Positions 1 to 12,600 of a stretch of 64,000 nt of DNA are shown in pieces (within the stretch, counting starts at the first letter, position 1; each line of letters begins with the position of its first letter). A model generated the notes under the pieces. The model had not been told where the DNA came from and did no database searches. It was given only the letters and a program-made list of their open reading frames with translations. This DNA is from Octopus vulgaris (lineage: Eukaryota): contig OX597823.1 of NCBI GenBank assembly GCA_951406725.2, positions 67,890,001 to 67,954,000 of the forward strand, given 5' to 3'. The translations under genes were made by a program, and so were the position numbers.

Positions 1-9
1 TTTTAAGTA

Positions 10-312
10 GCACAAGCACTTCAAAGGCAGAACACCCCTGGGAGTGATCTGGAAAACCTGCCACAAACACCAACCCCAGAAATATGGAGAAAATTCATCA
101 GCTTGAGCATGAGGATTGTCGGAGGAATGACTCATCCTTCATGTAGAGGATCATCACTGGTGATGAGAGTTGGGTCTATGAATATGACACTGAGATGAAG
201 CAGTAGTCATTACAATGGAAGAGCCCTTCATCTCCATGACTGAAGAAAGCACAACAGGACTATAATTCAATCAAGGGCATGCTCATCGTTTTTTGTGACA
301 TCCACAGTATTC
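10..312 (+). mobile_element. Degenerate mariner transposase fragment (family A), internally deleted
   Basis: From ~147 reads RIITGDESWVYEYDTEMKQ*SLQWKSPSSP*LKKAQQ..IKGMLIVFCDI, the mariner first catalytic-Asp motif (TGDE.W) and QW..P.SP..KK segment, with in-frame stops. Confidence 0.9.
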
Positions 313-1078
313 TGACATTCTTTGAGGCAGACCTAGCTGGTTTCCTTGATGTTTCCTAACCCTGGATAAGTGTTGGTTTCATCACTTTGAACAAGAGAGA
401 AAGAGATAATCCATGCAATGGAAACACCCCATCTCGCCTGCTTCAAAGAAGGCTAAGGTCATTTCATCTGCAGGGAAGGTGATGGCCTCAGTATTTTGGA
501 ATGCAAAAGGCATTATGTTTATAGACTAACTTCAAAAAGATCACATCAATGGAGAGTGCTATGTCAACTTGGTGAGACAATTACAAAAGGCTATCAAGAT
601 CAAACGCTCAAGAAAACTGGTGAAAAGGGTCTTCATCAGGACATTGCTCCAGTATGCAAGTCCTTGGTTTCAATGGCTGCTGTGCATTACTGTACCTTTG
701 TATTGACTGATCAGCCCCCTATTCTCCTGATTTGACCCATCTGGCTATCATCTTTTCTCCAACATGAAAAAACCCTTGACTGGGAAGCAGTATCACGGTG
801 ATGGTAATGTCGTATCTGCTGATGATGACTTTTGAATGATCTCATCAGCAAATTCAAGCAAGCTTATGCAGTTAGTATAAGACTTGTCAAAAAGTTCATA
901 ATGATTTTTAATTTTCAAATATTGTTCAAATACTGAACATGATGAAGGCTTCTTCACAAATGGGATCCAAACACTGCAACACCATTGGAAGAAATGCATG
1001 GACTGCAAAGGGGACTATGTTGAAAAATAAATCTCATTTGGTCACATTTCAGCCCATGAACTTTTCGTCCTACCCTAA
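313..1078 (+). mobile_element. Degenerate mariner transposase 3' part (family B) with right TIR
   Basis: Reads SMQWKHPISPASKKAKVISSAGKVMASVFWNAKGIMFID*, YSPDL at ~720 and ends KCMDCKGDYVEK*. TIR-like GAACTTTTC..CCC near 1058-1078. Frameshifts and a 95-bp foreign insert at 831-925. Confidence 0.9.
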
Positions 1079-1680
1079 TATGTTCACCATATAAAATATC
1101 TGCAATCATAATTTTATCAACTATGCTGAAACATGAACCATTTTCTCATTATTTACAAAGTATGAGAAACTTTGAACTTTATTTTCATATTCTTTTTACT
1201 TATGTACAAATAACACGTGCACATAAATATGACAGACTCTTGCAGGAACATATGCATGCACACGCAAACACAGACACATACATACTCCATTAAGCACTTA
1301 TGCATATACACATTAGATTCTCCTTTACTTAGATTTACTTATTAAACTTGTTATTCCATCAGCTATGGGTGACACTTTAAGCTCTAAGCTCTAATTTCCA
1401 ATCCGATGCTTTATCAGTTTTGTGACAAAATGTAGTGCTTAAAAACATCAAACTAAGCTTCCTCCCTTTTCTTGCAACATTTGATTATTTGTTGTATACT
1501 CTAAGTTGTTGCATTTGTTCCTGAAATTTTTGTGTGTACACATACACACAGACAGACACACACACACACATTGGCACTATGTGTGTGTGCAGTGCCCATG
1601 CATACAGATATATTCAAATATTCTTTAAATGTGTGGATGTATGTGTATAAACACAGATATACATGTATGCTATGATTTAA

Positions 1681-1880
1681 ACCTTTAGCATTTAAACCTG
1701 TCATATTCTACCTGTTTTTTGTTTAAACTGACCAGATCCAGCCTCTTACACCTATCCTGCAGTATCATTCTAAAAATAAACTAGCACATCATCAAAATCT
1801 GAAAGCTATGAGATAATGCATGATTAATTCAAAATAATGGAATAAGCATTGCATTTGACAGTAATCTGAATGCTAAAGGG
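1681..1880. mobile_element. piggyBac-like MITE
   Basis: TTAA on both sides (1677-1680, 1881-1884); TIRs (A/C)CCTTTAGCATT ... AATGCTAAAGGG; related copies at ~52333-53062 and 55998-56676. Confidence 0.8.
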
Positions 1881-2750
1881 TTAATTTTGCTTATGTATGT
1901 TGTATCATCTACATATACAATATTTGAAAATTAAAAATCATTATGAACTTTTTGACAAGTCTCATACTAACTGCATAAGCTTGCTTGAATTTGCTGATGA
2001 GATCATTCAAATCATTGTTGTAGAATTTGGCAGCAGGAGTATTTTATCTGTGAACGACTATAAAATGAAATGCTTATCTTATTTACAAATATTTAGCTAA
2101 TGCATTCTTGATAACAGAATCTAGTTGGACAACTTCCATCAAGACAAGTTTCCTTATTTAATTTAAAGTAAATTTTTCACAAGATTACTTGATAGATTAT
2201 CGGTTGGTGTTATGACATGAGGTGTTACCCACAATACTGCATGCCACTAAGCTGCAGTTGAAATCCACTGTGAATATTCTATTTCGTTTCCAGGCAATTG
2301 GACTTAACATACCTCCACCTTAATACCATTACCTGATTCATCTGATTTTGAGGACCCTGAACAGTGTTCATACTGTGATAAGCATTTGGAAAAAAATCTT
2401 TCTGTCACTTCATTGCCCACATTTTCTCTGTAGTTGTTCAAATTAGGCACTGGCTCTATCACTTATACTATTTTTAGAAGGCTTTTGAGAGTCATAGTTA
2501 CAAAGTCCCCCTCCTCTAAATAATTTACAGAAATTTGAAAAAATATCAAAACAATCAATATTGTTTCAGTTCAGTTGGCTCTTGTTAATAAGTACTTGAA
2601 ATTACTAAATATCTTGGATTGTCCAGGCATTGGAGAATCTGGATTTTAGTTTTGATTTTAAGTTAGCAGTCTATTTTACATTTGACTCCTCATGCATGAT
2701 GGACTCCCCACTAAGTGGGTATCTCCAGCCATAAAATGTTACCATATATA

Positions 2751-2910
2751 TCATCATCATTTAACATCCATTGTCCATGGGTTGGATGGTATAACCAAAG
2801 TTGGGGAGCTGCACCAGACTCCATTCTGATTTGGCATGGTTTCTACAGCTGGATGTTCTTCCTAACACCAGCCACTTTACAAAGTGTGGTGAATGCTTTT
2901 ACATGGCACC
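2751..2910 (-). mobile_element. SINE family A (RTE-like (GAT)n tail), truncated
   Basis: (CAT)n-TTTAACATCC..CCATG..GGTTGGA..TTTCTACAGCTGGATG shared with copies at 19317, 19643, 32149, 43580, 60769 and 61066. Confidence 0.75.
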
Positions 2911-3098
2911 GCATGAGTACTTTTATCTGATGTTGCATGGGTGCTTTTATGTGCCACTGCATGGGCACTTTCACATGGCACTACATGGGTGCTTTTACAT
3001 TGCACTGCATAGGTGCCTTTACATGTCGTCTCATGGGCACTTTTAAATGACACCACATGGGCACTTTTATGAGGCACTGCCATGAGTGCTTTACAGGA
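2889..3098. repeat. Degenerate ~24-bp minisatellite (~9 units)
   Basis: Units of the type ATGGGTGCTTTTACATGGCACTAC repeated head to tail with no spacers. Confidence 0.85.
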
Positions 3099-3214
3099 TC
3101 ACTTCTGCTGCAGAGAATGGGTCTTCTTGAATATGGCAAGGCACCAGTTATTTCGGTTCTTTGACATCTTGTCTGAAAGATTCAGCTTCCTGAGGTCATT
3201 ATTCAGTACTTTAT

Positions 3215-3246
<32 letters not shown>

Positions 3247-6200
3247 ATACATGCATGCATATGTGTGATTTCCAGTCTAGCAATAGACACCACTTCCCAC
3301 TCACTTGACCCCTTCAAATCACTCCCTAGCATCTTAGCTATGTAGAGGATTTATTATATAACATAGTCCCAGATACTTCTAAAAAGTCAGCATAGCTATA
3401 TGGTTATAGCTGATAGATTTGACCTGGGGATGAATAATAACAGCATATAATTTTTGCAATTCTAGTTTTTGAAAAGAGCCAGATATAGACGTTATGTTAA
3501 TCACAACAAAAATGGTATTAAGAATTGCCAATGCAGGTGAGATGTTGATTTGAAAATATTTTTTCTACAGATATACTTTCTTTCTCTTGTTTTTTTTTTT
3601 AAATAACTTGCATTGCTTCAACATAAAATCCTTTTTGGAATTGTGTAATTATATTTTTTACAATTTGTGTTTAGTTCAACATCATCCTCTCCTCATTTTT
3701 TTCCTTTCTTATTATGATTAAAATAATTGCAATGGATCAAAAACTGTTTTCACTTCTAGCATCAATTATGATCAGATATTGTTTGCTTGCAGCAACTTCT
3801 GCTGTAAAGTCAATTATCTTCCAATGTGACACAAGAAACTGGAGTTGAATAGAAAAGAAAATTAAACAAAAGTGGATCCAATTATTGTTTGAGTCTCAGA
3901 AGTATATTTGTAAAATTTAATCTCTGTTGTATTTCTTTTCATTTTTAATCAAAAGTCAGAATTAGGCAAGAACATGACACTTTGTAGTTCATGGTCCTAT
4001 ATAGCAAATCCTCACCAAATCGTAAAAGTAATTCCTACATAGCACTCAGTTGTGCTTTGTTGTCTTCTTGATCTTCTACGTCAACATTGATCAATAGACT
4101 TAAAATATAAGATATTCCAGCAATGACAATCTTTTTTATTTCTATCAGGTGTAGTGTGGTGTGCATGATTATTTTTCATCAAGTATAGTGTGTTTATGAT
4201 TATTTCTTTTTTATCAGGCATCTATGGTTATATTATCTAATCTATCATTTGTTTTTCCAAGATGGTAGTCTCTCCCTCCCTCCCACCTCCTCCTCTCTCT
4301 TCCACTGTGAGTGTATGCATACACTTGCAGTCAGGTGCATTACTACAACAAGCAGTGACTTTGCAGATTGCTTTCTCATTCATTCACCACTTCATCAGTC
4401 TGCTCCCAGTCACTACAGAGTCCACCCACCATCATCAAGTGAACAACTGCTAATCCTCTCCATTAGCTAGCATCAGCAAGAAGCATGGCTGATTAAATAA
4501 AAATTGTATAGTATATTAAATTTATTTTTTTGAAAGACAGTTCTCTGTCTCTCTGTCCTGATAGCACATGTTCAAATATAGAACTGCTACAATTCCAAAA
4601 CAGAAAATGTTTAAAATGAAAATATAAATTCCCCTTCATTCTTTTCTGACTGAAAAAATTTCATATAAATTGGAAAAAAAAAACTATATTTTCTCTAAAA
4701 CAGTTATTTTTCCATAACACTAATAAAAATAAATTTAAACACAATTGTATGAAAACTTTATTTATAGTCTCATAAATGTAGTTTTTACTTTAATATATAA
4801 TTATCTAACACTATTTATTTCATTGTTTTATATCCATTATCTCCAGCTAGTTTGATAGTTTGTATTTTCTTTCTACTATTTTATAGCCATTTTGTTAGGT
4901 TAGCATAATAGAAATGATTTATCTCTTTACCAGTTTATATCTATTTTCCAAGCCTAGTGTGGATAAGGTTTTCACAAGTGAGATATTTACATAATTTTGA
5001 ATCAGCCGTTTATACAGTAGGAAGGTCTCCCTATTGGTAATGACTCAAGTGTGAAATAGAAATGAAATGTGTGTTGTCATGTAGCCAGATGAAAGCAAAT
5101 ACAGTGAATTGCCTACCTTGTCCAGAGACACAACATAATTGTTTTTGCCTCAGCTCTTGAATTCATGATAATGTTAGTATTTTACTATACTCTAGAAAAT
5201 TGTGAATTCTTATGAGTGGACTTAAGTATATCTGATAGTAATTTTTTAAAATATATTTTCTTTTTAAAAAGTAAACTTTGAAAGGTTAGTAAAAAATGTT
5301 AAGCCAATTAAAAGAAAACATGAAAGAATTAAAGAGTAGTGTTTGCTTTTTTAGATTTAAAATTATCATGTCTGGCAACATTTTATTGGTCTCATATTAA
5401 AAGTGATAATTTTAATGTTTTTATTTCATCTTGTTTTTTTCTCTATGAAATATTACATTAAATCGTTCCAGTGTTATAAATGTTTAACAAGACATTTAAT
5501 TTTAGGAGAAAGACTACAAAGTTAAACATTTATTTCCAGTGAATATTTCTTTTCATTTATCAGGCAAGTTTATCTCTGATTGAAATTTGTCACAGAATCA
5601 TTTGAGGAAGAAATAGAATTGAGTATTCACTGAAAAATGGGTATTTCAATATGTTGTTCTTGTGGAAAATAATACCATGTTTGCAGTGAAACTCTATAAT
5701 TGCAGAAATGAAAACATATAATACATATCAGTATTATATCACTGATAAGCTAAACTGGGAAAAGAATCCTGAAAGTCTACATTGAAGATTATGTCAGATG
5801 GTAGCAGACAATGACCTTGAATTTTCTTTGTTATGCTGAATTATTTGTCATTCATGTTAGGTTCCCTCATTGCAGAAACACATAGAGCTGACATTTTCAT
5901 TCTCTTGATTTATGTACATATTAAAATCATTGAATATCAGTTAGCACAAAGCAGTGATGGAAGGAAATTTGCCAAAATTTCTTCACAATAAGATCAGGCC
6001 CAGAACTTCATGGCTACTAAACAAACTTTTTAACTACAAGGCAATACCTTGTATACACTTATTAAATTATAGGAATTCATTTTTGTCTCACATTTTACAC
6101 CCACACACACACATCAACATGATGTGAACAAATTATTACATTTGAACAAAAATACCCTGTATTATTAATGATTGACTGAGTTATCACCCCTCTGTATTCA

Positions 6201-6499
6201 CGTAACATTTCATATTCTGGGAGACAAATTACAGCAGTTGATCTAATCAATTAAGGTTATTTAATGTGGTGTCCCAGCAAGGCCACAATTCACTGATTGA
6301 AATTAGTGAAAGGAGATGGTGCCCCAATTAGAAAAAGAATGTGTAAAACATTTATTGTGTCACTTTCAAAGTAGATCACCAGATCCAGGTACTTTTATTT
6401 CCATTCACTGTCTTTTACATTCTAAAAAATTTTCTGTGGCAAATCTGTCTTTTAAGTAATACAAATTATTATTGGTACTAGAGACTGCATTCAACCAAA

Positions 6500-7440
6500 T
6501 GCATCAAATCACCTCTTTATCTTGAAGAAAAAACATACAGTGTGGACCTGTATTACTAATTGAAAGTCTGCTAGTTATCATAATGATAAACATTTGCCAA
6601 ACTTTTTTATCCTAACAAAAATAAATCTGAAAACTTTTTAAAGAACTAATTCAACCATGGGAATCGTAATGAAAGATTTTCTTCAGAAACGGTGCATTTT
6701 TGTATAATATGCTGTTTAGGAAAAGTGACCAAATCTACATGTGATATGTGGCTAAATATTCGGGAATTTTTGAAAATACTGATAAAAAAAATTTACATAT
6801 GCACTCAAAACATTTAGTTGAAGACTTTCCAGACGCAGGAAATATATTTAATGAACAGAATTTTAAAAATGCTTAAAGTTACATGAGAGAAGATACAGCT
6901 GGTCTATATTTCCTATGAAACATTTGAAAAATATGATCAAACACAGAAACTGGATTTTCAATCATACTTGGTTGAGATCCTCAAGGCACCTGATAACTTA
7001 TAGAGAGAACTGATTGAACTATCAGCAGAAACATTCTGAAGTCTCATTTCAGCTTTTTACAAAGATACTTTTGAAATGCACAAAAATGTTGCTTTATTAT
7101 ACACACATTAACAATCTAATTGAGTGTCATCTCATTCAAGTACAAACCAGTTATGACTCAATAATTTTCTTAGTGATAAAATGTATCTTGAGAGCTCAGA
7201 TAATAGATATACTCTTGAAGAGCTAATTAAAGCTATGGGCAAATGTTAAGAAACAAATATATTGTCTGTCTTACAATAAGCAGTCACCAAAATGTTCTTA
7301 AATGTTTTGTTGACTAAGTTTTCTGTTTATTAATATTTCTACTTTATACATTTCTAAACAATGTTATTTAAACAAGATTATTTTGTGGAAGATCTCATGC
7401 AATAATAAACTAAATAAAAAATTAGTCAGTTGGTAGATAA
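6500..7440 (+). mobile_element. Possible very old hAT (Charlie-like) transposase relic
   Basis: Only a weak trace, DLYY*LKVC*LS at ~6545, resembling the hAT LLY.TEVRWLS motif; no intact frame. Confidence 0.25.
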
Positions 7441-9574
7441 AAATATAACATATAAAGAATATAGTAAATTATTAAGATGACTGCAAGTATGTCTGCATGG
7501 TTCAGAAGTTTTGCTTCACAAATATGTATTGTGTCTTGGGTTGGGTTCATGTACAAGAGCTTGGATGAACTAAACTTCTACCAGATTCCGAAAGAATCTG
7601 GTAGACTAATTTCACACACATACGAACAATGTTCTAATACTAAAACTTCTAACTTCAAGTTCTGAATTTTAAGTGGCCTAAATCATGTGACCATGTTCCT
7701 ATGAATTTGTCATTCCCAGAAGTATAAGTCTATATCTTAGTGTGTGTGTGTAGCAAAGCAATATGATTACATTCAGTGCCATTTTAAGGCATGGGCACAC
7801 TGGGAGGTTGCCCAAGGGTCTACAGGTTGCTGTTAAAATAACCCTGGTTACACCCTTCTACAGCCAGGTCAACTCGATCATTTGCTCATAAGTGGTATCT
7901 CTCTCTCTAAAAAGCACTGAGGGCACTATAATCGATTCAAGGGGATGCTCCAGCATGATTGCCAAATGACTGGAACCAGAAAAAGAATGCAAAACGGTAA
8001 CCTAATAAAATCTGGTTTAGATATAATGAAACATTTTTCTCTCTCAATTTCATTTCTTTTTAAAATGAAGAAAACAAAACCCTGGGGAAATGACCTGACA
8101 TAAATACATGTATAAATGCTCTGCTGTATTTAGTTTGGTGTCACCTTCCCAACTCAATATTTTTACCAACCTGGAAAAGAGATATCAATTACTATAGTTA
8201 TGCAGGTAAGAATGCACTTGATATGTAGAACCTTAAAAGGTAGATAAAAATATACAGCCAAAGAATAATATTAGTTGACATCTAATGTTAGTTTTCAACA
8301 TTTCCAGTAAGTTCATGTGACAGCTTTGTATTAGTTTTTACTTCAGTGAACATTATCAGCAGAAGTGAAAGGTCACCATAATTTGTCAAGATAGCAGCAA
8401 ATGATTTGGTAAATAAATATATGAAAATACAGATATCTATTGATGTAGAACAAGTGTATTGTATGGAAAAGTTCAGTAATTATGAGATATCATCCACACA
8501 CAGTAACAACATTTGAATAATTTATGATGATGGTGATGATGTTACTGAATCAAGTAGAAACACTCTAGGAGTTGTCCCCTATACCTGCCAAAAATTAAAA
8601 ACAATATTTTTCTCTCAATGCATCTTGGTTTGAAATGTCCCACCTATTAATCATTCTTTCACATTCTTAAAATTATTTACCAGACACCAGAATTATTAAA
8701 CTTTCTAAAGCTAACTACTTATAATAATGCTAATATGCTCCTCAAAAATTACAAATTTAAATATTAAAACAATTGCTATTCTGTAAGATAAGTCAAATTT
8801 TATTTTCAAAAGTTAACTGATTGTGAGTTGATGGCAATATTACTGCAATTCTTTTCTTGTACACATGAAGAAGACACTTATCTATAGCATGCCTCTGTTT
8901 ACCAGACTGATAACAGAAAGTTACTCAAATGTTAAATATAATTTCTCAAAAAAATTTTCTTTTCTTTTTAAGCAAACTAATATTAAACTTGTTTGCTTTA
9001 TAGGTTTTAGTGAAATTAATAACGACTCTTTTTCATTAATCTTGTTTAATTTGCCATAGCATTTTATATTAGATGAATCTATAAACACATGCCAGTGTCA
9101 TTGGAGCAATTCCGCATGATCATTACAGTTCAATGCTTGCCATATAGCCAATAATTGTATTATTATTTCATTAAAGTCTTTTGTTTACTAATACATTTGG
9201 AGATTGCACAATATCATTTCTGAATCAACGAAATGTTACAAATTGATTGAGCATGTTGAAAATGCTTTCTCTTTGTTAATAATTGCAATTAGTGGACAGC
9301 ATGTGATATAAATTATGAAACAAAACATATTTAATCATTAGACTCTTTTTCAAATTACCTCTTATATTATATTTTAACTAAAGCAATGTCATTTAAAATA
9401 TTAGGTTTTGTAAACCCTGCAAATCACAACAAATAATAAAGTGAATTTATTTTAAATTTTGACTTTATCGAGAACTGAACATTAATAGCGAATTATAAAT
9501 GTTTTGAATTTTAATGTTGAAATGCTGAAGAAATTTCCTTTTTATTTTATTTTTATTATTATTATTATTATTAT

Positions 9575-9797
9575 GGTGGTGAGCTAGCAGAATTGTTAGT
9601 ATCCTGGATGAAATGTTTAGCAGTATTTCACCTGTCACTAAGTTCTGAGTTCAAATTCCGCCAAGGTCAACTTTACCTTTCATCCTTTTGGGGTAGATAA
9701 TTTAAGTACCAGTTACACACTGGGTTGATGTAATCGACTAGTCCCCTCCTCTCAAATTTCAGGCCTTTTGTCTATAGTAGAAAGGTTTATTATTATC
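9575..9797 (+). mobile_element. tRNA-derived SINE family B (Nin/Deu-like central domain)
   Basis: A-box-like GAGCTAGCAGAATTG, B-box GAGTTCAAATTC, central CCTTTCATCCTTTTGGGGTAGATAA..AGTACCAG, (TTA) tail; further copies near 10525, 35300, 37070, 51676, 51906 and 57130. Confidence 0.8.
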
Positions 9798-9800
9798 GTT

Positions 9801-10352
9801 ACTGAGTGAGAGAGCAGTGCATGCCATCAAAGTGACACTGGGGTAAAATGTACAAAGCCCAGTGTACCCATCATGACTACCAGTCTGATAAGGGTACACC
9901 AGGCACATGCATCGTAACCATATGTATGCGACGTGGTGATCTCATATCAAGATAGATAGTGCATGACCTTGCAGGTGGAGCCCAGTTAGAATTTTCTTCA
10001 GGTCGAGTAGCCCATCTCGCTCAAAAGGTCCCTGAATATAGGGTTGCTTAAGGATGTTGAATGAAACACCCATGTTTCCAGAGGTGAATTATCCAAGCCC
10101 CAAAGAATTCCTCTCAACACATGGCTATGTTGCTCCCCCACTACTTTTGCTCATGATCAGAGATGTACATATCATTGCCACTAAGGGACATACTTATCTG
10201 GTTAAGGTCAAACAACTGACAAATAAATCTGGTATTGAGCAGAATATTTGCTGTAGCCCATCTTTTATACCAAGACAAAACACTATACATGATAACACTT
10301 CCAATCAGTTAAGATGAGGAGCAATGAAAGCCTGGTACTGCATCAGGACATT
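9801..10352. repeat. Unclassified GC-richer, structured insertion between TTA repeats (possible non-LTR element UTR)
   Basis: Sharp compositional shift, internal stem TGTACCC..GGGTACA (9862-9898), bounded by (TTA)n-like sequence on both sides; single copy in the window. Confidence 0.4.
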
Positions 10353-10354
10353 TA

Positions 10355-10384
10355 TAATTATTATTATTATTACTATTATTATTA

Positions 10385-10440
<56 letters not shown>

Positions 10441-10441
10441 T
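10355..10441. repeat. (TTA)n microsatellite
   Basis: Direct observation. Confidence 0.97.
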
Positions 10442-11189
10442 GCAGTGTAGTTGGTTTCATAATTCTTTAATAGTTTTACTTTTAATTTAGAGTCTTTTAT
10501 TATTTTACTAGATTCTCATGACAGGGGATTGGCAGAATAATTTTGGCATAGAAAAAAATATTGCTTTGTGGCACTTGTTTTGACTTCTTACATCTTGATT
10601 TCAAATTCTGCCAAAATCAACTTTAGCCTTTCAAAATTAAGTTGCTTCAAATTACTGGGGCTGAATTAGTTGCCAAACCTCTCTGCTCAAGATTGCAAGC
10701 CTTGTTGCCTCAGTTAGAACCAATTATTTTACTGGTGCCTCATCGAACTATGAACTTACTCTCTTGGTACAGCCTTCTTCAAGGGCTTTCAGCAATTGTA
10801 TCAATCCCAGTACTTATTTTAGGCTGCTTCTTATTTTATTGATTTGATTTATGGATTGGCTGTGTTACCTTTTGGTGTATTTCAGCATATCATTTTACAT
10901 TAACACACACATACATACACACACATTTTGTTTCAAAAGTGTAGAATAGACTTCAACCACCATTTAGATAAGTAAAAAGTCCCAGGATTATCACTATAAA
11001 TGTTGGCACAATGGAAGGTAAGTCGAGTAAGGAGATGCTCATGTGATACAGACTATGTGCCTACTACTTACCAAAGAGGAGATGGAGATCCTGAGCCAGA
11101 CTCCTTATGGGCAAAGATCACATCAAAGATCCATGGTATGGATTGGATGGTTTGATGATGATGATGATGATGGCAACTCCATGTATCCT

Positions 11190-12125
11190 AGAGTGCATGG
11201 TGACTAGGGATTTGGTACAAGGAATGGAGAGGAATCGAAGCTCCTGGAGTTTTGTGACCTAAATGACCTAATTCTCTGCAAAACTAACTTTAAGAAGAAA
11301 ACCAACCTTGATAATCCACCAATAAGAAACATGAGGAAGCCAGGCAAACTTCACACTCATCAGAAAATATAAATGAAAAATTGTGAATACCTAAAGAAGG
11401 GTTTATTATCCAACAGAGACTAATGATCAGTAACTTCAGTGTAAGAGTTAAGCAAATCATATATATGAATCAATCTGAAGAAGAAAGTTATAGAAACTGG
11501 AAAATCCTTCCACTAAACACAAAGATTCTACGAGGAGGAAAAGGTGATGCCAATTATAGCACAAGAAAACTTGGAGTTCATACAAGGCAACCAGCTGTTG
11601 CTAACAAATAAGAACTGAATTTGAAACAAGGTACCAATTGAACAAAAGTGACATAGTGGTAGAATAGGACTGCTGCTGGAGTTATTAAAGTGAAAAAGAA
11701 AAGGCTGGAAAGACTTGGAAAAACTGTTAAGTAAAGAGCAATTCATGGAGCTAGAAGAGAGAGAGTAGTCGTCAGGTTTACTTTGTACAGAAAGAGAAGC
11801 TGAAAGCAATATGATGAGAGGATCAGTGGTGTGAGATGTTCCACTTTGCAAAGTATGTGACAATGTTAATCAAGACCACATTGTGAAAAACCATCTTTAA
11901 AATGATGGTGGTACATTTACTATTACTAAAAAGAAAGAGGTTTGGAAATGTTATTAATAAAGGTTACTGTGTGTGGTAAATGTTGGGATGGAAGGACAGC
12001 CTCCATAAATACAAGTTAAAATAGCCATTAAGGATGTGAAAGTGAAGAAAACTTTTGGACCATCAGGGATAATCACTGAGATGCTTAAAATTTCTGGTGA
12101 ACTAGGGCTCATAGTAATTACTCAT
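11190..12125 (+). mobile_element. Degenerate RTE-clade LINE (AP-endonuclease end to RT start)
   Basis: HGD*GFGTRNGEESKLLEFCDLNDLILCKTNFKKK at ~11195, decayed TWWWN motif at ~11650, AIKDVKVKKTFGPSGIITEMLKISG at ~12024. Confidence 0.85.
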
Positions 12126-12139
12126 GTTCTTTATTGTTT

Positions 12140-12345
12140 TACTTCTTTTACTTGTTTCAGTCATTAGCCTATAACCATGCTGGGGCACCACCTTCAAGAA
12201 TTTTAGCCAAACAAATTGACTCCAGAACTTAGTCTATTTAAGCCTGGGACTTATTTTATCGATCTCTTTTGTCAAACTGCTAAATTATGAGTACGTAAAC
12301 ATGTCAAGTGGTGGTGGGGGACAAACACAGACACAAAGACTCACA
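12140..12345 (-). mobile_element. SINE family C 3' half
   Basis: TTTTACTTGTTTCAGTCATT..CCATGCTGGGGCACC..GGGGACAAACACA matches the ends of copies at 34648-35102 and 39050-39430. Confidence 0.7.
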
Positions 12346-12363
12346 CACATATATATATATATA

Positions 12364-12600
12364 CAGGCTTGGCTAAAAGTCACCTGACAGTAAATCAAAA
12401 TTCCGTAAATACTTAACATTCAATTTTATTTATTCATTACAATTATGAATGTTTAATAAATGAATGATGTGAGTTAAAATCAGTTTTTTTTTCAACATTT
12501 GTCTGTTCATTAGCAAAGTCTCATATGAAATAATTTTTTGCTTTAATCTTGGAATTGAATGGTTTTTGATTTACTGTCAGGTGACTTTTGGCCAAACCTC
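12364..12600. mobile_element. Tc1/mariner-type MITE
   Basis: ~37-bp TIRs CAGGCTTGGCTAAAAGTCACCTGACAGTAAATCAAAA / TTTTGATTTACTGTCAGGTGACTTTTGGCCAAACCTC, TA flanks. Confidence 0.88.

Noticed and set aside
793-2100. Two ORFs sharing QYLKIKNHYELFDKS.TNCISLLEFADEIIQ as paralogous genes
   Set aside because: Explained by the 95-bp inverted DNA duplication; no recognisable domain.
2889-3098. CRISPR-like periodicity
   Set aside because: Degenerate head-to-tail units, no unique spacers, no cas genes and a eukaryotic context.
9862-9898. SECIS-like ATGA..TGA stem
   Set aside because: The upper stem is far shorter than the ~11-12 bp needed and there is no apical AA motif or linked selenoprotein ORF.
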